Under the pieces are notes generated by a model. The model made no database searches, had not been told where the DNA came from, and saw nothing but the letters and a program-made list of their open reading frames with translations. DNA of 43,583 nucleotides from Octopus bimaculoides (lineage: Eukaryota), in the NCBI RefSeq assembly GCF_001194135.2, contig NC_068982.1:191483101-191526683 (forward strand). Reading direction: 5' to 3'. The position numbers and the translations under genes are program-made. How positions within the stretch are numbered: the first letter of the stretch is position 1; every line of letters begins with the position of its first letter. This document shows, in pieces, positions 14,173-26,008 of this stretch.

Positions 14173-15699
14173 ATGCTATCAAATATGAACATGAGATATC
14201 CCAGCATAGGTGGGTTTGCTAGGTTTGTGTTCCACTACTTCTGCGTTTAAAGTCTGAACAGACAAAGTTTGAACCGACTTCAATGTAGGATTGTGTTTCT
14301 GTTGTCAGTTAAATAAATCTTCATCTCTTTAACGACCTTAATGACCCTGGGAAAGCATGAACATCACATCATCAACTTTTTCCTTTCCAGAAAGTAAGTA
14401 AATTGAATCTTCATTATTTTTACTTCAGACCACAGCAACAACATGGTCACACGATATTAAAGAAATAACAGCCAAATCTTACTCTAACCACATCTACCTG
14501 CTTAAAAAAGAAAGGATACATTGAGAAATGAGCTTCAATAGAGACTGTTATGGTTGGAACGATGCCATCAACCTGTCCAATCGGTTAGGCCTAGGGTTAA
14601 ACAGAAATAGTAATCGTTTGAGCTGACATGGAAGTCTCTTTGTGGTCGAAGAACATGCAAGAAACGGCAGCTACATCTCTCTCTGAAGAGTGAACAATTG
14701 AGCCAAAAAGAAAAGGAAGTGATGGTCACGGCTGGAATACTTCTGACCATAGGTTCTCTCAATCAGGACTGACCTGTGGTTAAACAAACAACAACAACAA
14801 CAACAAAAGACCTGTTTGTAAGAAGAAACATCTTTCAAGAGGTTCCATTGGAAAGAAAATCAGAATTGAGACGCTCCTGTTCCCCCGACCCGCCAAAATA
14901 AAAATGTCGTCAACATAAAGAAAATAAACATTGAACCAAAACTTAAGATTCGTTGGTAATCCTATAAACCCCGTCTTTTGTTTCTTTAAATCATCCGGAT
15001 TTGTTTTATAAAAACATTTTAGAGACAGGACCAGAGACATTACAAGGGAAGTAATTTTACATACAATTAGTTGAAAAGAGTGCTCTCCCTTGGAAACCAT
15101 ACTCGACTGCATTTAAACATGACATACGAACGAGAAATTTCAATTAAAGTAAAGAAACACTAATCAAATTAATAATTAATTAGTTAAAACAGGGGAGGCA
15201 ACTCTTGGAATTATAATGAAAGACTTACAGACACAAGAACGGAAATGAGAGTACGAGGGCAGTAGATTGTATCCACTGTATTCTCAGTATATGACTGGTA
15301 CTAATTCACTAGATTTTCATTCGTAGCCCGTAAAAGCCTCACAAGCCATTTATTTACTCCTAGTTTCCTTTGCGACCTTGAAATCAAAGTATAGGAGACC
15401 TCGTCAAAGCCCTTTCTCCTGCTAGACCCAAGATTAGAGACAGCAGTTTACTGGATTCCTTTTGAAGTTGTCTCACAAGCAACAGGGCGTCAAAACCAAA
15501 TTCTATGTTGTCTCAATTAATCCGGTCCCAAATCAGTTTTGCAATAACCCCTTTTCTGCTCCAACAGTTTAATGTCTCCATACTCTCCTCTCTCCCTCTA
15601 CTTTGTCTACTTTACTCTTGCAGTAGGTTATGTGCGCATGTCACATGTCACTTGGAACCCGTGGTGGACACTGCTAACCCACACATCATTCCAGTTGAT

Positions 15700-15972
15700 G
15701 CAATCAGCACGGGACAGCCTGCTTGTGAAAGTGCAAGTGGCTGAGCACTCCACAGACATATGTACCCTTAATGTAATTCTCAGGGAAATTCAGCATGACA
15801 CAGAATACGATCAGGCTGGCCACCATCGAATTACAGGTACAACTTATTTTTGCCAGCTGAGTGGACTGGAGCAGCGGGAAATAAAGTGTCTTGCTCAAGG
15901 ACACAATGTGCTGCCAGGAATCGAACTCACGTCCGCACAATCCTGAGCCAAATACCCAGACCACTAAGCCAT
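15700..15972 (-). mobile_element. tRNA-derived SINE, family C (representative copy)
   Basis: B-box GAGTTCGATTCC and core GAAATAAAGTGTCTTGCTCAAGGAC. Related copies at about 11480-11660(-), 12265-12380(-), 10058-10230(+) and 18975-19100(-). Confidence 0.8.
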
Positions 15973-16079
15973 GTTTTCACACCATACTAATAGGATGTTA
16001 CAGAACTGATGCCTAACTGCTTTTCGATAATTTTCAAAATGTTTTCTCTGCCATTAAAACAAAAACAAACAGAACTGAC

Positions 16080-16230
16080 CTGAGAGAGATGTGACTGTCA
16101 ACCATAAGTTTACCAAATTTGGTCATGTCTGCAGAAGAAAGAGCTTTGGCCGCTTCTTCGGTTCTGCGAATTTCTGTTATTACATGGCGTATCCGTTTTA
16201 CCGTTTCTTGGTCCAGTTTATCTTTACAAG
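16080..16230 (-). CDS. GALK1: Galactokinase exon 5 (ACKDKLDQETVKRIRHVITEIRRT...FGKLMVDSHISLR)
   Basis: Acceptor tttgtttcAG; RHV.TE..RT and FG.LM..SH.SLR motifs; donor GTCAGT, phase 2. Confidence 0.96.
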
Positions 16231-16404
16231 CTGAAACAAACAAAAAACAAAACAAAAACACATTTTTACTTCTGAATCAAGTGCAGTTTCATGATGACGA
16301 TGATGATGAAGATGATGGTGGTGGTAGTGTTGGAGGAGGAGGAGGAGGAGGAGGAGAAGAATTCTGTTTTATTTTTATTGGTTTATAAATTGTATAAAGT
16401 TAGT

Positions 16405-16898
16405 TACATCTGCTTCCAAACCCCATGGTTTCAAGTTCAATTCCACTGTGTAGCACTTTGGGCTAGTGTCTTCTCGTATAGTCTTGGGTCAGACAAAGCC
16501 ATATGAGTGAATTTGGCAGGCAGAAACTGTGTAGAAGCCCATCGTCATGATACATACATATGTGTGTGTTTGTGTGCATGTGACTGTATGCGTTTCAGTG
16601 TGTGTGTGTGTATGTACATTTGTGTTCCTCAGTCCTCATATTATGGGGTAGCTATATATGAACATAGCCACCCTTTATTTTTTATCTTCCTTGAAAACAT
16701 GTCCGGCCATGGGGAAAGTATTACCTTGTTTGGAAAGAGACGAGGATTGGTGACAGGAAGGGCATCCAGCTGTAGAAACTTTGCCAGATCAGATTGGAGC
16801 CTGGTGCAGCCTTCTGGCTTGCCAGTCCTCAGTCAAACCGTCCAACCCATACCAGCATGGAAAGCGGATGTTAAACGATGATGATGATGATGATGATG
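16405..16898 (+). mobile_element. SINE with family-A head and RTE-derived 3' tail, GALK1 intron 4
   Basis: Head and body as in family A, then a different middle (CATGTCCGGCCATGGGGAAAG), then the RTE tail AGGAAGGGCATCCAGCTGTAGAAAC...(GAT)n. Confidence 0.85.
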
Positions 16899-17289
16899 AG
16901 AACCTCCAGAGCCATTTGATGGATATAAAAAAAAATCTTACTGTACTTTTACAATTAGACATTATTTGCAATTGTATAAAGAAATTAAGATATTTTGTGT
17001 ATTGGCAATGCCCCAACATGGCCACAACCTCAAGGCTGAAACATAAAAGAATAAAATCATGTTTAGAGCTTGGTTGAGAAGGTTTAGAGGATAGATATGG
17101 CTACCCTGTTTTATATAAGGGTGGGTGGGAGTAGGTGGAAAGAAGATGAAGTGTCAGAGTGTACTCTCAAAGTTCAATAAAGTGAGTACCAGAGAGAGAG
17201 GATATGGAGAAAGGGGTGAGGGGATAAGTTTAGAAGAGTGTGAGAGGGGGAGTGGAGGTGAAATATGGGTAGAGTCAATGGGAAATATG

Positions 17290-17510
17290 AGTTAGAGAGA
17301 GAGAGAGAGAGAGAGAGAGCAAGGTGAGGAAGGAAGGGAGGGGGTGAGAGGTGAAGTATAATAAAACTGTAAACAGATGAGAAAAAGAGATTATGTGTGG
17401 AGAGAAGAATTGAGAGAGAGAGGCGGAGGTAAGAGAGAGAAGAATTGAAAGAGAGAGAGAGAGACGGAGGTGAGAGAGAGATGGAGGTGAGAGAGAGGCG
17501 GAGGTGAGAG
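17290..17510. repeat. GA-rich low-complexity tract with GAGAGAGGCGGAGGT-like units
   Basis: Read directly from the sequence. Confidence 0.85.
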
Positions 17511-17736
17511 GTGTGTGGGAGTTGGTTTAGAGACAAACAAAAGTTGGGTAACTTTGATGGTGGGTACGAGTGGCAGGGGAGGTAATAAGAACATATTTTT
17601 ATGTTGATTTAACAAAATAATAATTTGAATGATTTATATGTGCATTTGTTAATTTAATGAAATAATTAAATGGAATTACATTGAGCAGAAAATATTTGAG
17701 GTTAATTTCTGCTTCAGCCACACAACACTGATTTAC

Positions 17737-17918
17737 CTTCAAGATCTTCCATTTTGGCATCTCTTAGAGAGTCTTTGGACATAAGCTTTGCAGCAAGTTT
17801 ACACTGATCACGTCGAGAAGAATATTCCGTTCCTGTCAGTTCATGTTTTACATTGGAATTGGTAATCAAAACAACAGTTTCAGGATCTTTCATGGCAACC
17901 AATTCTGATTCCATCGAT
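17737..17918 (-). CDS. GALK1: Galactokinase exon 4 (SMESELVAMKDPETVVLITNSNVKHELTGTEYSSRR...DLE)
   Basis: Acceptor cttccataAAG; ITNSNVKH...EY..RR motif; donor GTAAAT, phase 1. Confidence 0.95.
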
Positions 17919-18186
17919 CTTTATGGAAGATAAGAAATTTTATAAGAAATTTCAATGCTTTTGGGATATTTCGTACACACAAATAAACACGCCACACTTG
18001 TGTATTTTATTCGTTTCTAGGTAGAGGCATGCGTCTATGCTTAACTCCAAAGTATTACGAATATGAATGCAAAAGACCCGCAACTGAATTCTCCATAAAA
18101 AATATTTACAACAACAAAATCCTCAACTTTTACCTTCTCAAAACACAAAAGGTAAATTTTCTAAATAATGTTCAAATAACATCAAC

Positions 18187-18318
18187 AATTTGCTTCCCAA
18201 TTACGTGGTTCCAGGTTCAACTCCACTGTGTGGCACCTCAGGCAAATGTCTTCTATAGCATCAGGCTGCTGAAAGCCTTGTGAGTAGATTTGGTAGATGG
18301 AAACTGAAAGAAGCTTAT

Positions 18319-18350
<32 letters not shown>

Positions 18351-18565
18351 AGTGTCTTTATGTCTGTGTTTGCCCCTGCCACCCCTTGACAACTGGTGTT
18401 GGTGTGTTTACATCCCTGCAACTTAGCAGTTTGGCCTAAGAGACCAATAGAATAAATACTGGGCTTAAAAAAAACCCCACAGGGGTTGATTCATTCTATT
18501 AAAATGCTTCATGGTGGTGCCCCAGTATGGCCACAGTCTGATTGAAATAAATAAAAGATAAAAGA
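18187..18565 (+). mobile_element. SINE family A, GALK1 intron 3
   Basis: Head, body and tail match the copies at 2152 and 38258. Confidence 0.88.
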
Positions 18566-18629
18566 ATTAAACCCCAATTAAACATCTGCAGACCAAATAA
18601 CCTTTCCACATTCTTCTGTGGACCCTAAA

Positions 18630-18965
18630 ATACAAAAATAACTAATACCCCTGTAGTTATTATTATCTAAAGCATCACCTTTACCTTTGTAGCAGTTGAC
18701 TATGGTGCTGCTACACCAGTCAATGGGTTTGACTCCATCATGAACTCCCTGGTTTACAATACGTATGACTAGGCCATAGCCCACACCACCAGATGTTTTA
18801 AGCATCTCAGCAGTGATTCCTGATGGGCCGGCAGCTTTTCCTGGTTTATAACCTTAATTGCTTTATCTACCAGGGAGGTGTCTATTCGGGTAGCTGGTCC
18901 CTTAACTGGGTCAACATTTGGCAGGCTCTCCTCCTCCCATTCATTCTCCACATTCAGCAGTCGCA
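18630..18965 (-). mobile_element. RTE LINE reverse-transcriptase fragment in GALK1 intron 3
   Basis: VDKAIK..(K)AAGPSGITAEMLK...DWCSSTIVNCYKGKGDALDNNNYRGI, frameshifted RT N-terminal motifs. Confidence 0.9.
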
Positions 18966-19207
18966 CACCCCGACACACAGGGTTACCATGTACAGCTGAG
19001 TGGACAGAATCAACATGAAATTTAGCTCCAGAGCATTACATGTACTGGAACGACCCTAGCAAAATCGTGAGTGCAACGTCCCAACCATTCAACCACACCC
19101 CTCCCCAGACATATAATGGAACCGTCTACACTTGACACCATTATTGGAATTGTTAAGATAACCATAACAAGAAAAGCATGAGCAAAGTTTGTCAAAGACT
19201 TCCTCAC

Positions 19208-19463
19208 CTGCAATCAATTAATAAAGCGTAACCACTCTGTCCCTTGAAAGAGATTAGCTGATCCATAATCCCACAGGGAAGATTAGCAAAATTATTTTCA
19301 GCACTCTGGCAGCTGAGAGCTTTCTCATCTTTGTTGTTGCTTTTGTTGTCAGTTAATAAGTCGAGCAACATATAGACAGACACTTCAAGGGCGGCTGAAC
19401 TGGACAAACCTCCACCAAATGGAACTGAAGACACAATCACCGCATCAAAGGGACACGGTTTCC
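19208..19463 (-). CDS. GALK1: Galactokinase exon 3 (GKPCPFDAVIVSSVPFGGGLSSSAALEV...CGIMDQ...LLIDCR)
   Basis: Acceptor ttttcacAG; ATP-binding loop GGGLSSS and catalytic Asp in CGIMDQ; donor GTGAGG, phase 2. Confidence 0.97.
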
Positions 19464-19930
19464 CTGTGAAAAAAATTACATCAAGGATTAATTATAATTG
19501 CAGAACAACTCGACTGTTTACATACCAATCCATCCAAGACCACCACTAAGCAACTTAATGTTATAGTAGCTGCACTGACAATATATAATTATAGATATCA
19601 CCACCACCACCATTTTACATCCACCGTCCACCCTGGCACAAATTGGTCAGGTGGTCATAGAGGAATGTCCACTATTATTCAGTTACTGTTCTCTTCCCCC
19701 ACCACCTCCCCAATGTGATCCTTTCCAGCTGAACACAGCTGGAGACCCTTCCTATCAACAACCTCTTCAGAAAACTAAAAGCGCCTCTTCACATTTGTTT
19801 GTTAACCAGACAATAAAACCCAGTCGTGTTGGGCCCAATATCTTTGACAAACAAATATTTCTACTCTACTTTATGTATTGAGTACTTCGTCGTTCTTGTG
19901 ATTCTAAACTGAGAAAATTCAACAATATAT

Positions 19931-20065
19931 TTAATGCCTGTTTTCCATGCTGGCATGGGTTGGACAGTTTGACAGGAGCTGGCAATGTTGGAGAGCCATA
20001 CCAGGCTCCATGGTCTGTTTTGGTCTGGTTTCCATGGCTGGATGCTCTTCCTAATGCAAACCACC
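19931..20065 (-). mobile_element. RTE 3' UTR fragment, GALK1 intron 2
   Basis: TTTTCCATGCTGGCATGGGTTGGAC...GGATGC.CTTCCTAA is the reverse complement of the RTE tail. Confidence 0.85.
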
Positions 20066-20360
20066 TTACAGAGCATACCACACACATACACATGTACATG
20101 CAAGCACCAGGTAGTAACTTGAACCCCTACATGGTCACTCAGGATGCTAGAAACGACAGCCAAATACCATCCATATCACATCCTGTCATCTAAAATAAAG
20201 CAAGGCACACTGGATAATTAATGTACTCCAAGATAGACTATATCTGAAAATAAACAAATGGGATGATCATAAGTCAGTGTGATCAGGATATTCCTAGGGC
20301 TAAGCAACAACAATTTCAACTCAGACCACACAAAAAGGATGAAACAAAAACCGTTGCTAC

Positions 20361-20538
20361 CTTTGTAGTAGTGGACAACACCCTTCACATAGTTGGCCCA
20401 TTTTGGGGTCCCTGGTTGAAGGTCCTCAATGGCAAACTCCACATAATTGCATTCATTTACTTCCGGTGACAATGTTAACACTCGACAAACAGAATTTTCC
20501 GTCTTCTTCCCAACTGCCACCGTCACCAACGGCAATGC
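20361..20538 (-). CDS. GALK1: Galactokinase exon 2 (ALPLVTVAVG...KWANYVKGVVHYYK)
   Basis: Acceptor tgttgtAG; donor GTAGCA at 20360, phase 1; WANYVKG motif. Confidence 0.96.
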
Positions 20539-20632
20539 CTACAACAGCAACAATTTAGAAATAAAGGCAGGAAAATATTTTTAAAATAAAAAAATATAAA
20601 TAATGAAAATATTTAAGAAAATAAATATAAAT

Positions 20633-21268
20633 GAAGCTCGTATGTTCTGCTGGATGTGTAATGTCAGTGTGCACACACGACAGGGTGTAAGCGCCCTGAG
20701 AGAAATGTTGGACATAAGAAGTATCGGATGTGGTGCACTGGTATGGTCATGTGATAAGGTGGTGAAGTACGCCCTTTGAACGTTGGGCCTCACGGGGGCA
20801 ATGACAAGCAACTGAGACCTTTGGAAATATGCCATGCATGAGGAGACCCATCAAGCCAAGTGAGATCATAGTCGTGGCCAATGTCAGTGTTGACTAACTG
20901 GTCTATTTAAAAGCACCTTTCAATCGTTGACTGATATGCTGTGCTTGTAAAGACCTATTGAAACCATAGTTGTGGTCAATATCAGTGCTGCCTGTCTGGC
21001 ACCCATACCAGTGACACATAAAAGCACCATTCAAGCGTGGCCAATGCCAGTGCTGCTTGACTGGCACCTGTGCCAGTGGCATGTAAAAGCACCCACAACA
21101 CTCTCAGAGTGGTTGGCGTTAGGAAGGGCATCCAGTTGTAGAAACTCTGCCAGATCGGATTGGGGCCTGGTGCAGCCTTCTGGCTTGCCAGTCCTCAGTC
21201 AAACCGTCCAACCCATGCCAGCATGGAAAGCGGACGTTAAACGATGATGATGGTTGTGATGATGATGA
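20633..21268 (+). mobile_element. RTE LINE 3' end with (GAT)n tail, GALK1 intron 1
   Basis: EARMFCWMCNVSV..ALREMLDIRSI..HWYGHV remnant; tandem UTR modules; terminal CCATGCCAGCATGG stem-loop; GTTAAACGATGATGAT tail. Confidence 0.9.
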
Positions 21269-21636
21269 GGCATGGCTGTGAAGTAAGAACTCTGATTCTC
21301 AACCACATGGTTCTGGGTTCAGTCCCACTTCATGACACTTTGAGCAAGTGTCTTCTACTATAGACTTGGGCTGACAAAGCCTTGTGAATGATTTGGTAGA
21401 TAGAAACTGAAAGAAGCCCATCGTATATGTGTGCATCTTTGTGTCTGTGCTTGAACCCCACACCACTGCTTATGTGTTTATATCTCCTATGACTTGGCAG
21501 TTTAGCAAGGATCCAATAGAATAAGTACCAGGCTTTAAAAAAAATAAGGACTGGGATTGATTTGCTTGACTAAAAATTCTTAAAAGTGGTGCTCCAGCAT
21601 GGCCGCAGTCTAATGACTGAAACAAGTGAAAGAAAA
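21268..21636 (+). mobile_element. SINE family A directly abutting the RTE (GAT)n tail
   Basis: Full head-to-tail match; begins immediately after the GATGATGA tract. Confidence 0.88.
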
Positions 21637-21759
21637 AGTCCCTTATAGGAAAGAGAGTTTTTAAAGCCAGTATTTGAACCCCACTCCCTAAACTCCCATG
21701 TGTACTTTATAGTAAATTAAAGTCTTTTAAGGGCCAGCAAATCTCTAAAATAGAGACAA

Positions 21760-21850
21760 CTAGCAGAAATACCCGGCGTTGCCCGGGTTAAAGAGAATAA
21801 TGAAATCTAAAAACGCCGTCTAGACTACGCATCATCTTTATATATAGAGA
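21760..21850 (-). mobile_element. Minimal non-autonomous Helitron (91 bp)
   Basis: Minus strand: A|TCTCTATATATAAAG ... ACCCGGGCAACGCCGGGT hairpin ... CTAG|T. This gives 5' TC, 3' CTAG, a subterminal hairpin, and insertion between A and T without a TSD. Confidence 0.85.
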
Positions 21851-22859
21851 TGTATATACACACACGCACCCAAGCACACGTATATATATGTATATCAATA
21901 TAAATATATGAAAATCAATGAAGTTTCGTAAAAGAAGGTGATCATGTACATACTTTCTTGCTGTTGTGATTATAACACCTCATTGTAAACTATGTTCCTT
22001 GTTTTCCCTTGTGGAGCATATACAAATAGGTTTTTTTGTTGCTGCCCACTCTTGAGCAGCCANNNNNNNNNNNNNNNNNNNNNNNNNNNNNNNNNNNNNN
22101 NNNNNNNNNNNNNNNNNNNNNNNNNNNNNNNNNNNNNNNNNNNNNNNNNNNNNNNNNNNNNNNNNNNNNNNNNNNNNNNNNNNNNNNNNNNNNNNNNNNN
22201 NNNNNNNNNNNNNNNNNNNNNNNNNNNNNNNNNNNNNNNNNNNNNNNNNNNNNNNNNNNNNNNNNNNNNNNNNNNNNNNNNNNNNNNNNNNNNNNNNNNN
22301 NNNNNNNNNNNNNNNNNNNNNNNNNNNNNNNNNNNNNNNNNNNNNNNNNNNNNNNNNNNNNNNNNNNNNNNNNNNNNNNNNNNNNNNNNNNNNNNNNNNN
22401 NNNNNNNNNNNNNNNNNNNNNNNNNNNNNNNNNNNNNNNNNNNNNNNNNNNNNNNNNNNNNNNNNNNNNNNNNNNNNNNNNNNNNNNNNNNNNNNNNNNN
22501 NNNNNNNNNNNNNNNNNNNNNNNNNNNNNNNNNNNNNNNNNNNNNNNNNNNNNNNNNNNNNNNNNNNNNNNNNNNNNNNNNNNNNNNNNNNNNNNNNNNN
22601 NNNNNNNNNNNNNNNNNNNNNNNNNNNNNNNNNNNNNNNNNNNNNNNNNNNNNNNNNNNNNNNNNNNNNNNNNNNNNNNNNNNNNNNNNNNNNNNNNNNN
22701 NNNNNNNNNNNNNNNNNNNNNNNGTACATATACATGTATATGTATACATATACATCTCTCTCTCTCTCTCTCTCTCTTTCTTTCTGTCTCTCTCTTTCTC
22801 TCTCTGTGAAAGTATCTGTCACTACAGTATCGAAATGTGATTGTTTCAGTTAGTGGAAT

Positions 22860-23086
22860 AGTTTCATTTTTAAAGTGAAAGTATTTGACATGAGTGTTTT
22901 TGTTTCACTTTTGACACGTAATACTTAAATAGTGGAGGAGATATTATGTTGCCGTGTGCTCGAACTCTGCAAGAAGTTAATAATTTTTTTTGACTAAAAC
23001 ACAACTGGAACCCTAAGTAAGGCATGTGTAAAATTTGAATGAAACACAGACAGACAGACACACATTCTCATTTTTATATATATAGA
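22860..23086 (-). mobile_element. Helitron-like 5' end (3' end possibly in the assembly gap)
   Basis: A|TCTATATATATAAAAATGAGAATGTGTGTCTGTCTGTC is a typical Helitron-N 5' terminus. The left boundary is approximate. Confidence 0.5.
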
Positions 23087-23650
23087 TGACAGAACACAGT
23101 ACTCAGTGAGAAGTATTTTTGTATCATTGAAAATAGGATGCTATTGTTCAAGATTACTGACTAGAAAACATTGCTTGGGGTTTAGTGACGAAGAATCACA
23201 GAAATAGAGAGGAAAAAGAAGTTTGTATGACATTGATGCCTTTCTGGAAGGTGCCAGAGACGTCAGTGGATGCAGCATGGAATTGAAACTATGCATAGCA
23301 GAATTAACCAACAAATTAAAGAATTTCAGCCTAAATTCATTAATAAGAGAAAATAGATCTAAGCAATCCCAAAAGATGTGGAAACTTGTTGCCTGTAAAA
23401 AACTTAGTATATGCATTTGAAATAGCATTGAATTAAAATTGCTATCTGTGTATTATACTAAATGTATATACATTGTTGAAAGACATGATGCTGTGTAATT
23501 GGCTGTGATAAAATCTCTCCATAGATTTTCATAATTAAAAATTAAAGACAATATATATATTATATATATTGTATAAAAGACTTTTGTAGTCACTTTTCTC
23601 TGTAACTTATCAAGCCTTCGGGTTTGTTTACAAAATTATACGTATATATG

Positions 23651-23681
<31 letters not shown>

Positions 23682-25723
23682 TATATATGTCTAAATATGT
23701 AAATAACTATGTACATGCATCTGTGTATTTTCGTGTATAAATGTTTATGTAATACAGCGTGAAATTTTTAATTTTAATTTTAATGTATTAATTGACCTAT
23801 ATTTCGTATATGATTATTTACCATAACGTATTTGGAAACTGTCCTTCGATTTAAGGTTTTCTTCAATTTTACAATAGGATGAATTTATACCAAATTCATT
23901 TTGTTCATTGCATGCTTTAAGACTGTTGAAAGGACCACTAATTCACTAATTAAACTCTTGCACAGTTTTTTCCCCCACCTTTATTTTATTAAAATAATAA
24001 ATCTCAGAGTATCTGGTACAATTAATTTGGCAGTAAAAATGAATATTGGTGAACGGAAAGGATTGAACATTTGAAATATTCAATAAAGAAAATAACCTAT
24101 GACGTTAAAATAGGAATTAAACATTATTTTTTTTTTAGGTATGTCATTAATTTATCCCTTTTAGAAGACAGGCGAATGAAAAACAGGTGTTGAATGAAGA
24201 TGATTGGAAATTTAAAGGTAAAAAAAAAGGCAATTTAATTAATTTTATTGAATTGTCTTTAGGGGGTCCTGGTGACGGAACCCCTAGTAGCACTTCTTAC
24301 CAGAAATAGCAACCAAATCTTTCAAATTACATGCTGACATCTTTAAAAAATGTGTTGGGATGGTCACGGTTGGAGTGGCTTTGTTTGATTTGATTATCTG
24401 CCTTATGTAATTATATTTTGAGTCCTGTTGTTATTGTTTACCCTTAGGAAAATCCCCAGCTTTCCAATCTGTGACCTTCCTTTTTTAAGATGGTACAATG
24501 TGATTTGAGGGTCAGTTGGCTGTTACCTTTAGCATGATGAAAAGCGAACGTTGCTGTCTTGCCCTGAATTAATCTCGATCGATCAATAGCGTTCTAGCCG
24601 TGACAATCACCGTTTGATTATATTTATCATTGCATTGCCGTTTCCTTAAGACAATAAGATTTGACTGCTATTTATAGCAGGTCGAGCATCCAAATAAAGA
24701 GGCTGATTCATAAATCGATCGTTGCTGTTTTGATCGATCAGATCCATAATAAAATTCATTCCAGCCGTGACCATCTCGTCTATTTGCTAGGTGATATAAA
24801 GGATCAATTTAAGGCAAATTTGGCTCCTATTTCTAGCAGGTTAGCCGGAAAAAGTGCAACGAAACAGGAAATATTTATTGTTGAGGTCCACGTCAGCCTG
24901 GATCGACTAAACCTAGGATGAAAAGTGTTCCAACCATAGCCATCCCGTCATTGTTCTTTTAGCTATCATCTCTTTAGAACTACATTATCCATTTGTTGTA
25001 TTAGATGGTCTTAGAATTATGAGATTGAATTAGCTGCTATGTCTAGCATGTGGAGCCCTTCACGTTGGTGACTTCATTTCATTTTCTCAGATTGTTCGGC
25101 GATAAAGTCTGTCATTAAAATGAAACATAATTTATTTCATTGAAATTTCTCATCGAAAACTCAAATGTCTGTAGAGATAATAGTAATTCGTAATTTCAAG
25201 GAATTAACTTCCAGTTGTCAAGATTTTCTGATGTCACATGGAATTTGGTGTCAATTATTGAGACGATTCCCTTTTGAATATGTTGCAAAGTTCAGTCGTC
25301 CTTATCTTCAAGTGGTTTTCTGTAAATCGTCGAGTAAAAGTTAAAGCAGAGCAATTTTCATTTTCACTCTCAAGAGACCATCTCCGAAAGAGTACCTTCT
25401 TGCTTTTTAAGTTATGAGGAAAGAAAGTTAAGATGGGGCATCAAACTGTAATTATGCCCCAAGACTCTATTGTTCTCGTGCTGGGATGAGGTTCCTTTTA
25501 TTCTACTCTTCTTGAATAGTACCCTAATCGACTGGCCCCTTCCCCCAAAATTTCGGGCCTTGTGCCCAGAGTAGAAAAGAATATTTTCACGGCGGTAAAT
25601 CAGCAAAACCCCTAACCACGTGTAAAGTGGTCTATGTTTCTATTTAGACCATTGGTTAAAATAAGATATTCTGGGGTCCACGCAACAAAATAATAAATCA
25701 GGGATCCATAATAGTATTTTAAT

Positions 25724-25850
25724 GGCGTACTATACAAGAAGAGTGGTCCCGGTGCGCGCACTCGCATACACGCGCATCCGCGCTAGCGAGTCGTGACTAG
25801 TCGATCCCACGACTACCAAGCGCGAGTGCGCGTCATGCGCAAAGCATGTA
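25724..25850. repeat. Diverged relative of the 26009 MITE arm
   Basis: CCGCGCTAGCGAGTCGTGACTAGTCGATCC aligns with CCGCGCTAGCTAGTCGTGAGTGGTCGATCC, and the GTACTA...CCCG start is shared. Confidence 0.7.
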
Positions 25851-25894
25851 AGAGGTTTTTTTCTAAACAAAGTAAATAATTTTTTTACACAAAG

Positions 25895-26000
25895 GGCATA
25901 ACTACAGGGTTTTACCCCCCAGAATTTCATTAAAAAATATTCATTTTTCTGAAAGTTATGACCTCCCAAAGTCTGGGGGGTAAAACCCTGTAGTTATGCC
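25895..26000. repeat. Perfect 29-bp inverted repeat (MITE-like hairpin)
   Basis: GGCATAACTACAGGGTTTTACCCCCCAGA (25895-25923) and its exact reverse complement (25972-26000). No TSD found. Confidence 0.85.
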
Positions 26001-26008
26001 AAAATGTC

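Noticed and set aside
14780-15112. ORF containing YVDDIF, resembling a Penelope or other RT active site
   Set aside because: The upstream RT motif (for example GSPLSP or QG) is not convincingly present in frame, and a single hexapeptide is insufficient. An HMM search would settle it.
21970-22840. Long ORFs of 250-280 aa, and similar ones at 3665-4244 and 39468-40177
   Set aside because: These are artefacts of N-gaps read as X.
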